DNA from: Rebecca billardiae RCC1528
Lineage: Eukaryota > Protista > Haptophyta
DNA length: 64,000 nt
Direction of reading: 5' to 3'
NCBI GenBank assembly: GCA_965240325.2
Contig: OZ251225.1
Span: 1,550,001 to 1,614,000 of the forward strand
Position 1 is the stretch's first letter. Each line of letters starts with the position of its first letter. Made by a program: the position numbers and the translations under genes. Shown piece by piece: positions 1 to 10,500 of the stretch. The notes under the pieces were generated by a model that did not search any database, had not been told where the DNA came from, and saw only the letters and a program-made list of their open reading frames with translations.

Positions 1-672
1 AGCTCGCGGCATTCCAGTGGACGCCGCTCTCGTTTGCGATGCGCGCACTTTGCGGTTGCGCGGCCCTCAACCAGCACGTGTCGTCGGAAGTCACGTCGAC
101 GGACAGCATTTGCCATTCAGAGGCAGGCGGCATTCGGATACTCTGTCACGCGCAGTGGCGCCACATGGCCCGCCGCCCAGACTGGGCTATCCGGCGCTGC
201 CGCCACATCTAATTGGCGGTTCAAGGCTTCGGGCCCGTTCTCACTCACATAAGCCGATTTCATATCAGTAAATGCCGCACGTGACCCCCGCGGGGCCGGG
301 GCAAGTAAGTGCCAGGACAACTCCGACGCCTGTCGGACAAGTACGTGTATAACGTGCTAAGAGTGACAGCATCAGAAGCAGCAACACCGGACTCCGGAGC
401 CGCCAGCCGGACGACGTTGTCGTCGACGCTGCTCGGCTGCTCCGACGCCGGCGGCCGGCGGCCGGTTTGTTTGGCGGTTACGAGTATACTGACAGCGCCA
501 CGCCCACTGCCGGCATGGCGCATCCAATAGTCGACGAATTGATGATCGCGCGTAGGTAGCTAAATAGTCGCATATGCTGGGGCAAGGGCCCTTGGCTGGG
601 GGTAGTAACTAGAATACGTACTAGTGTCGTATCCCTTGTCGTATCCATGGTAATGACTAATGGCCAGGGGCG

Positions 673-961
673 GGTACAGTTTATTTACTAAGAGTAAGAG
701 ACGCACACAGCTCAGGCAGGCGAGATTGACGCCCGCCAACTGTCACCGCCCATGAACTGATGAAGCCGTCGCCGATGGTAGCGCCGAAGGAAAATTCGTT
801 CAGCCGTCCGCCTGCGAGGCCTGGATGAGGGCTGCGGCCGCCTCGCGGCGCGCCAGCGCCCGTCGTCCTCGCCCCACCGTCGTCCACAGTCCGCCGGTCC
901 ACACTGTCACCGTCCACACAACGTCGTCGTCCGAACTCGCCGACTGAGTGGGCGCCGATGC
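673..961 (-). repeat. Dispersed ~290-bp repeat ending in the conserved ~50-bp motif (..CTCGCCTGCCTGAGCTGTGTGCGTCTCTTAYTCTTAGTAAA..CTGTAC)
   Basis: Reverse complement aligns by eye with 35630-35905; the terminal motif also occurs at 21509-21547/23518-23530, 47763-47812 and 49204-49254. Confidence 0.8.
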
Positions 962-1491
962 AACAGCGCGCCGACAGGATGAGGATGAGGATGTAGCACG
1001 GGGGCGTTCCCCGCATTGGTCATACGCCAAATTGAACCACCTTCCTATTGCAACGAGCTTCCTTCATTTGAAGCGGGTACGTTTGAATACGGGAAAAGGC
1101 AAAGCCCCCGCAGCGGGGGCTTTGCTTTTCACGAGCGTGTGGCAGGATCCCGGCGCGGAACGCCCTTGAGGGAACGTGGAGCCCCACTGTCGGTTGGGGA
1201 AGGCGTGTATCAAGCGGCATGACTGGGGTAGCTTATCACACAGAAGGCCTGGCCCTCAGGTGATATGTGCCCCGGTATGGCGTGTCGGCCTCAAGGCCGG
1301 CGGCAGGGTTCTGTTGCCCGGAGGGTTCGCTGGCTCACCAGCGGCGAGGGCCGGGGCGTCCAGTATGTATGGGGTTTACAAGGTCAAGGGCGGTAGGGTT
1401 TATCCATGAACACCGCGGCGGCCGGGCCCGGCGGCCCATAATAATTTATTCGGGCCGGAAACTGCTTCGTGGAGTGTCGACTGCATCAAAG

Positions 1492-3063
1492 ATGATTGTC
1501 GTCAGCAAAAGATCAGTGATGAAGATGGCGGCAGCTGCACCGAGACGTGAGCTGCCAGCAAAGTCGGGCGTGGGCGCCGCCGTGGGCGCCGCCTGGCTGC
1601 TGCTGCACGCGTCAAGCTTGGCAGTGCGTGCCGCCAGGGAGTGCGACGCGACGTGGGCCCTCTTCCGCTCCGGCCTTGCCGTCGAGATGGACCGGCTGCG
1701 CTGGCCTGAAGGCGGCATGCATGTGCCACCGCCTGCGCGCACCGCGCCGTGCGCGATGGGCTGCGGCCCATTGACGGCCTGCGAGCCGTGGGCAATGGAC
1801 GCGCCGCTGCTCGAGCCGCGGCGCAACCACGACTGCCGCCTGCTGGAGGAGCGCTTCCTCGTCAACGTCCTCGGCCGACACGCACGCTCGGTCGAGGTGC
1901 GCGACTTGCGCTCGGGCAAATCGCGCCTCTTCCCGGCGCCCGGCACCGACCCAGCGGGCTGGCCGCTCGACGACCTGAACCACGTGTACGGCGTGCGCGT
2001 GCGGTCGCTCGACCGCGCGAAGGACGAGCTCTGGCTGCCATGCGGCTTCCACGGTGACCGCGTCAACCACGAGATCGCCTCGCAGTATGCGCGCATCGTC
2101 GACCTGCAGAGCTACGCGGTGCGCGTGGGGCCGCGGCTACCACGCGCGGGCGGGGCGTGCGCGGCGCTGGCGCTGCACCTCGACGGGCGGGACGCACCAG
2201 CCCACGTCTGCACCTTCGGCGGCACCGACGGCACGCACTCCAACGGCACCTTCATCGACAGCGCGCACTGCTACGACCGCCGCCGCGGCGCGTGGCACTC
2301 GCCGTTTGCGAGGCTGCCGTACGGACTCGACCACGCCAACGCGGCGTACGTGCGGCCGGGGCGGTGCGGCCGGGGCGAGCCCGCGCGCGTGCTCGTGCTC
2401 AACTATCGCACGGATCACTACGCGGCGTACCGCACGGAGGTGCTCGCGCACGATCTCCCCGCCGACGCCGACGACGCCAAGGCGGAGCGCAGCCGTGCAC
2501 TCGCGCGCGGCTGGTACGTCTATTATGCTGCGCCGGCCAGCGAGGGCTCGTCGGGTGAGCTCCACGGCGCCCGCGACGCAGGCGGGCTGATCACAGCGCG
2601 CGGCGGGCGCTTCCTGCTCAACTTTGGCGGGCTGACGTACAGGCCCTCCAGCCTGAGCGGCGCGGCGTACCTGCGGAAGAAGATCCCGCGGCCGTACAAA
2701 AGTGTGCGCGCCTTCAACGTCTGCAGCCGCAACTGGGTGAAGGTGCGCGCGCAGCTGGGCATGCCTCTCTTCGCGCTGCAGACGTGCGCGTCCGCCTCTC
2801 GTGGCGTCGCGATCACGTGCGGCGGCGCGGGGCCGGTGACCTTTCCGCCGAACAAGCACGTGATCGAACGCATGCAGCGGCTAGCTGACGCCGACGCCGA
2901 GCGCGGTGCGCCGCACATCGACGTGCTCGCCGGCGTGCGCCGCGTCGGCGCCCGCGCCCTGCCGTCCATGCGCCCATGGGGTGCGTCTGCGAACAATTCT
3001 AACTTCCACTATTGCATCGTCAACCGGCTGCCGCCCCCGTTTGACCTGCTGGACACGCGTTGA
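1492..3063 (+). CDS. Kelch/beta-propeller-like protein with N-terminal hydrophobic anchor
   Basis: Long ORF (1267..3063) with strong GC3 bias; Kelch-type GG motifs (CTFGGTDG..HCYD..W, LNFGG, ITCGG); hydrophobic GAAVGAAWLLL. Start uncertain (1492/1519/1525). Confidence 0.65.
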   Translation: MIVVSKRSVMKMAAAAPRRELPAKSGVGAAVGAAWLLLHASSLAVRAARECDATWALFRSGLAVEMDRLRWPEGGMHVPPPARTAPCAMGCGPLTACEPWAMDAPLLEPRRNHDCRLLEERFLVNVLGRHARSVEVRDLRSGKSRLFPAPGTDPAGWPLDDLNHVYGVRVRSLDRAKDELWLPCGFHGDRVNHEIASQYARIVDLQSYAVRVGPRLPRAGGACAALALHLDGRDAPAHVCTFGGTDGTHSNGTFIDSAHCYDRRRGAWHSPFARLPYGLDHANAAYVRPGRCGRGEPARVLVLNYRTDHYAAYRTEVLAHDLPADADDAKAERSRALARGWYVYYAAPASEGSSGELHGARDAGGLITARGGRFLLNFGGLTYRPSSLSGAAYLRKKIPRPYKSVRAFNVCSRNWVKVRAQLGMPLFALQTCASASRGVAITCGGAGPVTFPPNKHVIERMQRLADADAERGAPHIDVLAGVRRVGARALPSMRPWGASANNSNFHYCIVNRLPPPFDLLDTR

Positions 3064-3247
3064 GCGGCCGCATCGTTTGCAGTGGTGCGGCGAGCGCTTG
3101 CTGTGCCCGACAGGCTGTGGCAGCAGCGCTGAGGCTGATATGCCATCTTGACGATTCCCCGCGCTGCTCCGGGTGCTCCGCTAGGGTAGTACTCCGCGAC
3201 GAGAGTAACTACTACTGATGCGTAGTCGTACTATACATACAGACTGC

Positions 3248-3248
<1 letters not shown>

Positions 3249-3312
<64 letters not shown>
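3249..3312. repeat. (TA)n microsatellite
   Basis: Direct reading. Confidence 0.95.
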
Positions 3313-3319
<7 letters not shown>

Positions 3320-3332
3320 CATATACATACAT

Positions 3333-5136
3333 GACCGCGTTCCGCGGTCCTTCCGTAGAACCAACGTAGTTACTAGTTAGTTAGGGGCCCGCGGTGCACC
3401 CTCCGTCGGCTGCTGTCTCAGTCTGGTCAACATGGCGGGCCGATGAGGACTGTCGCCGCGGGCCGCGCGAAGAAGTACGGACCCCAGCCTGCGCTCACGG
3501 CGCTGCGCGGCCGCGCACCGAGAGGCGAGACCGAGCGCGGAGCTCGGGGTGGAACGAGGCGAGCGGCGGGTCGCGCCTGCCGCCGCGCGTGCGCGCCTGC
3601 TCCACCGCGCCACCGTGCTCGCCCGCCGCCTCCTCCGCCGCGTCGGCCTCGAAGCCACGGCGGCGGCCAGCCAGCCTCCGACCGAGGCGGAGCCCGTGCG
3701 TGCTCACTCACCCGGCGCGGTGGCGCCCTCGAGTCGACGGCCGTCTACTCCACAGCTGGCTGCTCGAGCTGCTGCACGGGGCGTCGCGACGAGGGCGCCG
3801 CGCGCGCCCAGCGCGTCCGTCGCCGCGTCGCGCAGCGCGTCGAGCTCGGCGCCGCGCTTCGCCAGCTCGGCGCCCAGCGCCTCCGTGCGCACTCGTGCTC
3901 ATTCGATTGTCGTCATCGCGCTCGTCGGCTCCGTGGCGAGCCCGCGGGGCGGACGAGCGGACTACTGCGCGCCGCAGCAGGAGCAGCGCGCGGCGCGCAG
4001 CGCTCCGCGCGCAGCAGGGCCGTCTCCTCATCCACCGAGTGCACGGCCTGCGCGGCGGCGACGCCGCGACGGCGGCGCGCGCCGCCGCGGGGGGACGCAC
4101 GCGCTGCGGGCCGAGATGAGTCCGGCCGCCGAGCCGCGGTGGCGGCGTCGGCGTGCGCGCCGGGCGAGGTGGGCGAGCTCACGCGGCCCGGGCTCAGCAC
4201 GCCCGTGCACAGCGCCGGCCGCGGTGGCGAGCGCGCACCGCTCGGCCGCGGTGGCAACCGGCTGAGCGGTTGATGTTTGAAGCCGCGAGGTCAGTGACGT
4301 CTCCGATGACTCGGCCATGATTGTGGTCCTCCTTCGCCCACGGGTGCTTTGTCGACCATCCGCTGGAGGCGCGCCAACGTCGGTACGCACAGCGCCTGCT
4401 TGAGCGTCGTGATGTGCATCAGCTCGAGCCGGCCGAAGATGGGCCCGCCGACGGCGATGATCATGATGTGCGCGCTTGCCGCTTGGGCACCCGTCCAGCG
4501 TCCTCGTCGCGAGACGCTGGCGGACGGGTAACCCGTTTTTCTTTCATTATGGCAAAGGAGGTTCATCCATCGAGGCAGGCGGGTAACTTGGTTTAACCAG
4601 CGCTATTCAAAACAATCCCTTCATTATGACACAGGAGGTTCATCCATCGAGGCAGACGGGTAACTTGGTTGGACAAGCGCTATTGAAAAGAATCTCTTAT
4701 TTTAATATGACGAGGCGGTTCATCCATCGAGGCAGGCGGGTAACGTATTTGAACAAGCACTATTCAAAAGAATCTGGCCTCATAGCTGTTTTCGACCCAA
4801 AACAATCAAACGTCGCTCGGCAAACTCGTACTTCAGCATACAAGAGGGGTAGGAATACTCACTTGTTTCACCCCCGGGGTATCTGATCCCACGTCCGTCC
4901 ATCGACATACGGCGAATTGGCGGGCGCGCTTATTTCGTCAATCGCGTCTTGCGGATAGACAGCAATGTACGGTACGTACCCCTCGAAAAAGCGAAAATTC
5001 ACCCTCCAACAGCCCTCATTCCTCAAAATCGTCCCCCGTCCCCTTTTCTTTGATCAAAATAAGATCTTTTTGACAACGTAGTGAGGGCCCCCGGCGGGGC
5101 TTACCACGCTACGCGCTCCGCCCTGCACCGCGGGCC
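3333..5136 (-). mobile_element. Non-autonomous TIR element, copy 1 (AT-flanked; PIF/Harbinger-ISL2EU-like)
   Basis: Both ends (GGCCCGCGGTGCAGGGCGG.. and ..CCGCGGAACGCGGTC) are shared with 19167-20778 and 25408-27162; AT dinucleotide on each side. Confidence 0.75.
4540..4775. repeat. Minisatellite, ~3 units of ~79 bp inside element copy 1
   Basis: GGTTCATCCATCGAGGCAG core recurs at ~4560, ~4638 and ~4717 with related intervening sequence. Confidence 0.8.
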
Positions 5137-5386
5137 ATGACATACATACTACGTATCGATAGCTAGTCTGCGCGTTATTATCATCGGCCGCCGGTACAGC
5201 CGGTAAACTACGGTTTAGTCTCGGGTAGTCAGAGTCAGACTTCAGTACCATAAGTAGTTATAATATAAATGTGACGCTGTTAATAATCGTAGCAGTCAGC
5301 CCGACTCAGCCAGCGGCTAGTGAGCCAGACACTGCAGTGACTCCGCGTCTGCACCGCCATCCTGTCACTTCGTCTGCTGTCAACGG

Positions 5387-6652
5387 TTATTGAACACTAG
5401 GAGCTGGAGCCTGGGTCTGCTGGGTGCAGCAAGCTCCGATTGGAAGAGCGCCTGCAGTGCTGGCCGTCGTCACAGCGCGATGAGGGCGGCAGCAGCTTTC
5501 GCGCAGCGCAGTACGCCGCCAAAGCTGCGGGTGCTGGACCATGCTGGCGGCGATGGCACGGGCACGCGTGCGCATCCAATCGTCCCGCACGTCGGCTCGG
5601 TTGGCGTACTTGGCCGCGTTCACGGCGCCGAGCAGTCCGTAGACATCACGGGTGCTGCTCTTAGCGTGCCACGCACTCCATGAGGTGATGCGGTAGTGGT
5701 GCGCCGCGAGGGGGAGATGGCAGATCCCCGCCTCGCCCGGCATGGCGAATTTCTGCTGGAGCTGCACCGTGCTCCCCCGGCTCACGTTGCGCAGCTCCAG
5801 ATCAACCGCGACTTTGCCGTCTTGGAGCACTCTAACCGGCTGGCACAAACGCGCCGTCCTGTTGCCCTCTGCCGTGTGCGCGCTCGTGAGCAGCGTGTGT
5901 CCGTGCACGTGCAGCGTGTGCAACACGTCGAGCCGCATCACGTGCTTCACATCCTGCACCCGCCAGCGGTCGCGGTACTTCCAGCGCAGCGCGCGGGACA
6001 TCTTCGACTTCCCCAACACCTCCGGCCGCCCCCGCGCGTACTTCTTCTCGTAGCCCTCGCGCCACGTGAGCGAGGTGCGCACGTGCCCGCAAGGCTCCTC
6101 CTCGCGCTCGCCCCACGCAAATATGAGCCACGGGATGAGGACCGAGTCGCACGCGCTGAGCTCGCCGTGCAGCATCGCCGCAAGCGGGCGGCCCGGACAC
6201 ATCCGGCTCGAGACGAACTCGTCCACGTCAACGACGAGCAGCCACTCGTGCGCTCTGGACCGCCGCGCCGAGAGGCGTCGGATGCGCTCGAGTGCGACGT
6301 GGTACAGCGCGATCTGCCGGGGCTCCCACGACGAGCGGTTGGACGAGGCCCCACTCAGCGCACCTTTCGACGGGCCCAGTAGCTCGCGCGCCGGCCATAA
6401 AGTGTACCACTCACTGCGCACGCACGCGAGCGCCCCGTTCGGGCTTTCGCGCGAGAAATCGTCGACAATGTACAGCATCGACGCACCCTCCTCGACATAG
6501 TGCGTGACGAACTCCTCGATCTGCGTGGCGGCGTCGCGCACGATCGTCAGTACGGCGAGGTCGGCGATGCCGCCAGCCACGCTCGCGCCGCCCCGGAAGC
6601 GGTTGCACGCAGGCTGCCACCCGAGGACGAGCGTCACGAGCAGCGCGAGCAT
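5387..6652 (-). CDS. GT-A fold glycosyltransferase (Glyco_tranf_2_4 / GT92-like), type II membrane or secreted
   Basis: Signal anchor MLALLVTLVLG; motif IVRDAATQIEEFVTHY..G...YIVDD.S; DxD motif WLLVVDVDEF; C-terminal HHY. Confidence 0.8.
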   Translation of the reverse strand: MLALLVTLVLGWQPACNRFRGGASVAGGIADLAVLTIVRDAATQIEEFVTHYVEEGASMLYIVDDFSRESPNGALACVRSEWYTLWPARELLGPSKGALSGASSNRSSWEPRQIALYHVALERIRRLSARRSRAHEWLLVVDVDEFVSSRMCPGRPLAAMLHGELSACDSVLIPWLIFAWGEREEEPCGHVRTSLTWREGYEKKYARGRPEVLGKSKMSRALRWKYRDRWRVQDVKHVMRLDVLHTLHVHGHTLLTSAHTAEGNRTARLCQPVRVLQDGKVAVDLELRNVSRGSTVQLQQKFAMPGEAGICHLPLAAHHYRITSWSAWHAKSSTRDVYGLLGAVNAAKYANRADVRDDWMRTRARAIAASMVQHPQLWRRTALRESCCRPHRAVTTASTAGALPIGACCTQQTQAPAPSVQ

Positions 6653-6738
6653 GGCGACACTGAGTTGCCGCTTGCAGCATGCAGAACTGAGTCGACTCCG
6701 CCGCCGGATGCACTGATCCCGGACGCCGCGGCGGCTCA

Positions 6739-9164
6739 CGGCAGCGCTAAATCAGCCCGGGCTGATTTAAGCTTATCTCAGCCCGGGCTGATTTAAGCCC
6801 TTAAATCAGCCCGGGCTGAGATAAGCTCCGCGCGAGCTTATCTCAGCCCGGGCTGAGATAAGCGCTTATCTCAGCCCAGCGGCTCGCGACTCGGCCGCCG
6901 TGGACTCGGAGCGCACGTCGCGCGGTGCGGCCCGCCCGCTCCATGGCTGCACGCGCTGCTGTGTCTTCGGTGGCCACAGGGTGAAGTGCGCTGAGTCTAG
7001 TGGCGGGCCCAGCTCCACCCACCCCCTTCTCCCTGGCCCGCCCCGCCTGCCCTCGCCCGCATCGGATGCCTTCCTCGCGCATGCAACGGCCTCAGCCAAC
7101 GCCATTGTTCCACCATCGATTCCACCATCGACGGTCGCGGGTACTTGTACGTCGTGTACTGTACATGTGTGTCATGTGTAATCGCACGCATGTGGCCACG
7201 GCCCACGTGCACCTGTCTGCCGTGTGCCGTCGCCCTTGTACCGCGTTGCCCTTGTACCGTTCGCGCGTTGCGGCATGTGCTTGCCCAGCTTGGCATACTT
7301 GCCGGTCACGCTCGACGCTGGATCAGCCAGTCATCGCGATCCCGTCAGATCGAAACGGTCCCTTCGCGCGGCGCACTACTCTGCGCGGCGGCTGCCGGTT
7401 CATGACCGAGCTTGGACCATCAGCTGACAGCTGTGGTGTGCGGCTCGCTGCGTCTCAAGCGTGGCAGGCGCTTCGGCAGAGTAATACACTGTCGACGGTC
7501 GTGGCGCCGCAGCTGGTGGGCTCACCGGCGCCCTCGCGCTCGCAGCTTTCGGCGCGCTTGGCGAGCACGCCAAGGTCGCCGCGCGCACCGTGGTCCGCGT
7601 GCACACAACGGCCGCCGCGCGCGCCGCAGCCGTCTTGCGCGCCGCAGCCGGCGAGCGCGCTGCGGCCGGCGAGCGCGCCGCGGCTGCTGAGCGCGCCCGG
7701 CCGGTGAGCGCGCCGCGGCTGCCGCGCGCCGCGCGGCTGGCGATTGCGCCGCGGCTGCCACGCGCGCTGCGGCCGGTAAGCGCGCCACGGCGGCAGACAG
7801 CGTAACTCGGCCGTCGCGCCCGGCCGGCGAGCGCGCCGTGGCTGCTGCGCGCGCCGCGGCTGCCGCGCGCGCCGCGGCTGGCGAGCGCGCCGAGGCCGAC
7901 CAACGCGCCGCGACCGCCCCGCGCACGGCGACCGAAGGCGAGTCTGTGGCGGATAGCGAGCTTGCCGCTGCGGCTAGTGAGCGCGCCGCAACCGGCGCGG
8001 ATGGATGGTGCAGCCGGGGCTTGCGCCACCGCGACCGGTGAGCAGGCCGCGCCAGCATGCGTAGGTATTGGCGAGCGCGCCACCGCAACCGGCGAGCGCG
8101 CACCGCACGGGCCACAGATGCCCATTGGTCCAACGCCGCAGGTGCCCATCAAGCCTGGCGCCAACACGTGACAGTTGCGCGATGAGGCTGAGCGTGCTCG
8201 CCGGCCGCTGCGCGCTCACTGGCCGCGGCGGCGCGCTCGCTCGCTATCCGCCACAGACTAGCCTTCGGTCGTCGCGCACGGCCGCGGCGCGCTGGTCCGC
8301 CGCGGCGCGCGCGGCAGCCACGGCGCGCGCGGCAACCGCGGCGCGCGCGGCGGCCACCGCGCGCGTGGCGCATGCGGCGGCCGCTGCGTGCGTGCGGACC
8401 GCGGCGCACACCGCAACCTTAGCTTGCTGTCCGTGCGCACCAGCCCCTGAGCCGCGGCACGCGCTGCGAGCTTTGCGTGCTCGCCGTGCGCGCCGACAGC
8501 TGCGGGCGTGCCGGCGTCGGCGCGCCCACTAGCCGCAGCGCCATGATCGTCCATGGAGCTGCGCCGGTGCCCATGCCTGTGCCGCTGGCACCGGTACGCC
8601 CGCGCGCGGCGGCCGCGGTGGCAACGTTCAGCACATTTTGAACAACGTGCAATGGCAACAGCACACAACCGACTGTAGCGCACGGGCCGTGTTCACCCGC
8701 GTGCGACTACGCGCGGACATGGTCAACTGGCGAACGTCGATGGTGCGTCCATGGTGTTGGCTGCATGCTTCTCATGCGGGCAGCAAGTCCACAAGCCGAG
8801 TTGCCGCCGTGGAGTTGCATGCGCGAGGAAGGCATCCGATGCGGGCGAGGGCAGGCGGGGCGGGCCAGGGAGAAGGGGGTGGGTGGAGCTGGACGCCCGC
8901 CACTAGACTCAGCGCACTTCACCCTGTGGCCACCGAAGACACAGCAGCGCGTGCAGCCATGGAGCGGGCGGGCCGCACCGCGCGACGTGCGCTCCGAGTC
9001 CACGGTGGCCGAGTCGCGAGCCGCTGGGCTGATTTAAGCCCTTAAATCAGCCCGGGCTGAGATAAGCTCCGCGCGAGCTTATCTCAGCCCGGGCTGATTT
9101 AAGGGCTTAAATCAGCCCGGGCTGAGATAAGCTTAAATCAGCCCGGGCTGATTTAGCGCTGCCG
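6739..9164. mobile_element. Non-autonomous Mutator/foldback-like element with ~350-bp TIRs and 9-bp TSD
   Basis: TIRs 6739-7087 / 8814-9164 (CGGCAGCGCTAAATCAGCCC..); TSD GGCGGCTCA at 6730-6738 and 9165-9173. Confidence 0.85.
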
Positions 9165-9618
9165 GGCGGCTCACGCGCCCTACCAGTACGTTCACGAGGA
9201 GTGCAGCCCGTGAACTTCGGCATCGTAAGCTGCACTGGACTGAACGGCGAGTGACACAGTGTCAGGCGAGTGGGTCTGGCTTCAATGACAACAGTGAGCA
9301 CAGCAGAACAGAGAACAGACCGACGTACCGACTCCGCAGCCGCGACCGAGTCGCCTGTAAACGCCGGCGGCAGGTAATGGTCGGAGGCGGCCCAGAGCCA
9401 CTGCTGCGCATGGCGTAGCACTCCGAACCGCGACGTGCGCGTCCTCATAGGTTGCTTGTTGGACTGGGCGAGCGCACCGTCCCATCAGCGCGTCCCGACC
9501 TTGGCGTACACCCGCGCGCAAGCCATCCGGCGCCAGGCCTGAACGCTTCCAAAGCGCGAGTTCGCGAGCGGGCGATTTGTCACGGCACGGCCACGAGGTG
9601 GCGCGATGGGGCGGGCGC

Positions 9619-9906
9619 TTACGCGCACTCGTCGATCCGCTTCGTCACCTTGCCGCACGTGATCTCCTGGAAACCCACACCGTTCACGCACTGCGCCGTG
9701 ATCTGCTCCTTCTTGCAGCACTTGCTCCCGGAGAAGTCCTCAAGGCTCATGCCCTCGACGTCCTCCTCCTTGCGGCAGTTGAGCTTGTGCTCCTTGTCCT
9801 TGTGCTTGTGCTCGTGCTTGTGCTCCTTGTCCCTCTTCTTCTCGAACAGATCATCGTCGAGAATGTCGTCCAAATCGAGCGCGGGGGCGACGTTGAAGAG
9901 GTCCAT
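9619..9906 (-). CDS. Probable exon of a small hypothetical protein (acidic, His/Lys-rich, Cys-containing)
   Basis: Coding-like codon bias (DDILDDDLFEKKRDKEHKHEHKHK..C..CC..C..C); preceded by CAG and followed by GTAAG, so probably spliced; other exons not resolved. Confidence 0.45.
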   Translation of the reverse strand: MDLFNVAPALDLDDILDDDLFEKKRDKEHKHEHKHKDKEHKLNCRKEEDVEGMSLEDFSGSKCCKKEQITAQCVNGVGFQEITCGKVTKRIDECA

Positions 9907-10500
9907 CCTGCCGCAGAGCACGCACGCGCAAACAGCCGCGCACGTCGGTCGACACAGCAGCCGCCGGCGATTTGTGCGCGCGCCAAAGTGCGGAGTGACG
10001 CCAATCCACGTGCGGCTCGCCGGTTTGTCACTCTGGATTCGGTGCGTCCGGGTGGCCCGCCGGCGCGGGTTGCGGCTCCGATGAAGCGGCCAGCTGCGGC
10101 TCGAGCTATGGCCGCGACGGGCGTGATGATCGACCATCTGTGGAGAGGGCGAGCCGTACAGTACCATCTCTCCTCGTGATCAGGCGGTGCGCGCACGATG
10201 CGGTGGCTGCACGCGCGTCGCTCATGTGCCGCCCGCTGGCGAGTATGACGACGCCTTTATTGCACATCGACGCCCCCGTGGCGCGTGATGATCGCAACTT
10301 GATTTCTGTTCTACCGACTCGTCGGCGTGCCGGCAGCGCGCATCACGGCCGCGCACGGCGCTCTGCTACCGCGCCTCATCCCAGGCACACACGGCCCTCC
10401 CCCCCCATCCCCCCCTCCCCTCCTTCCCCCTCCCTCTCCCCCGGCGCGCGCGCACCCACCGTTCGCTTCCGCAGCGCCTGAGCGCTGGGCACCGCGCGCG

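Noticed and set aside
1093-1130. Bacterial rho-independent terminator
   Set aside because: No upstream prokaryotic gene; eukaryotic locus; kept only as a hairpin finding
4540-4775. CRISPR-like repeats
   Set aside because: The intervening segments resemble each other, so it is a minisatellite
6747-6880. CRISPR/REP-like palindromes
   Set aside because: They are modules of a transposon TIR mirrored at 9024-9156
7400-8683. Protein-coding genes inside the MULE-like element
   Set aside because: Low-complexity repeats, frameshifted, no domain
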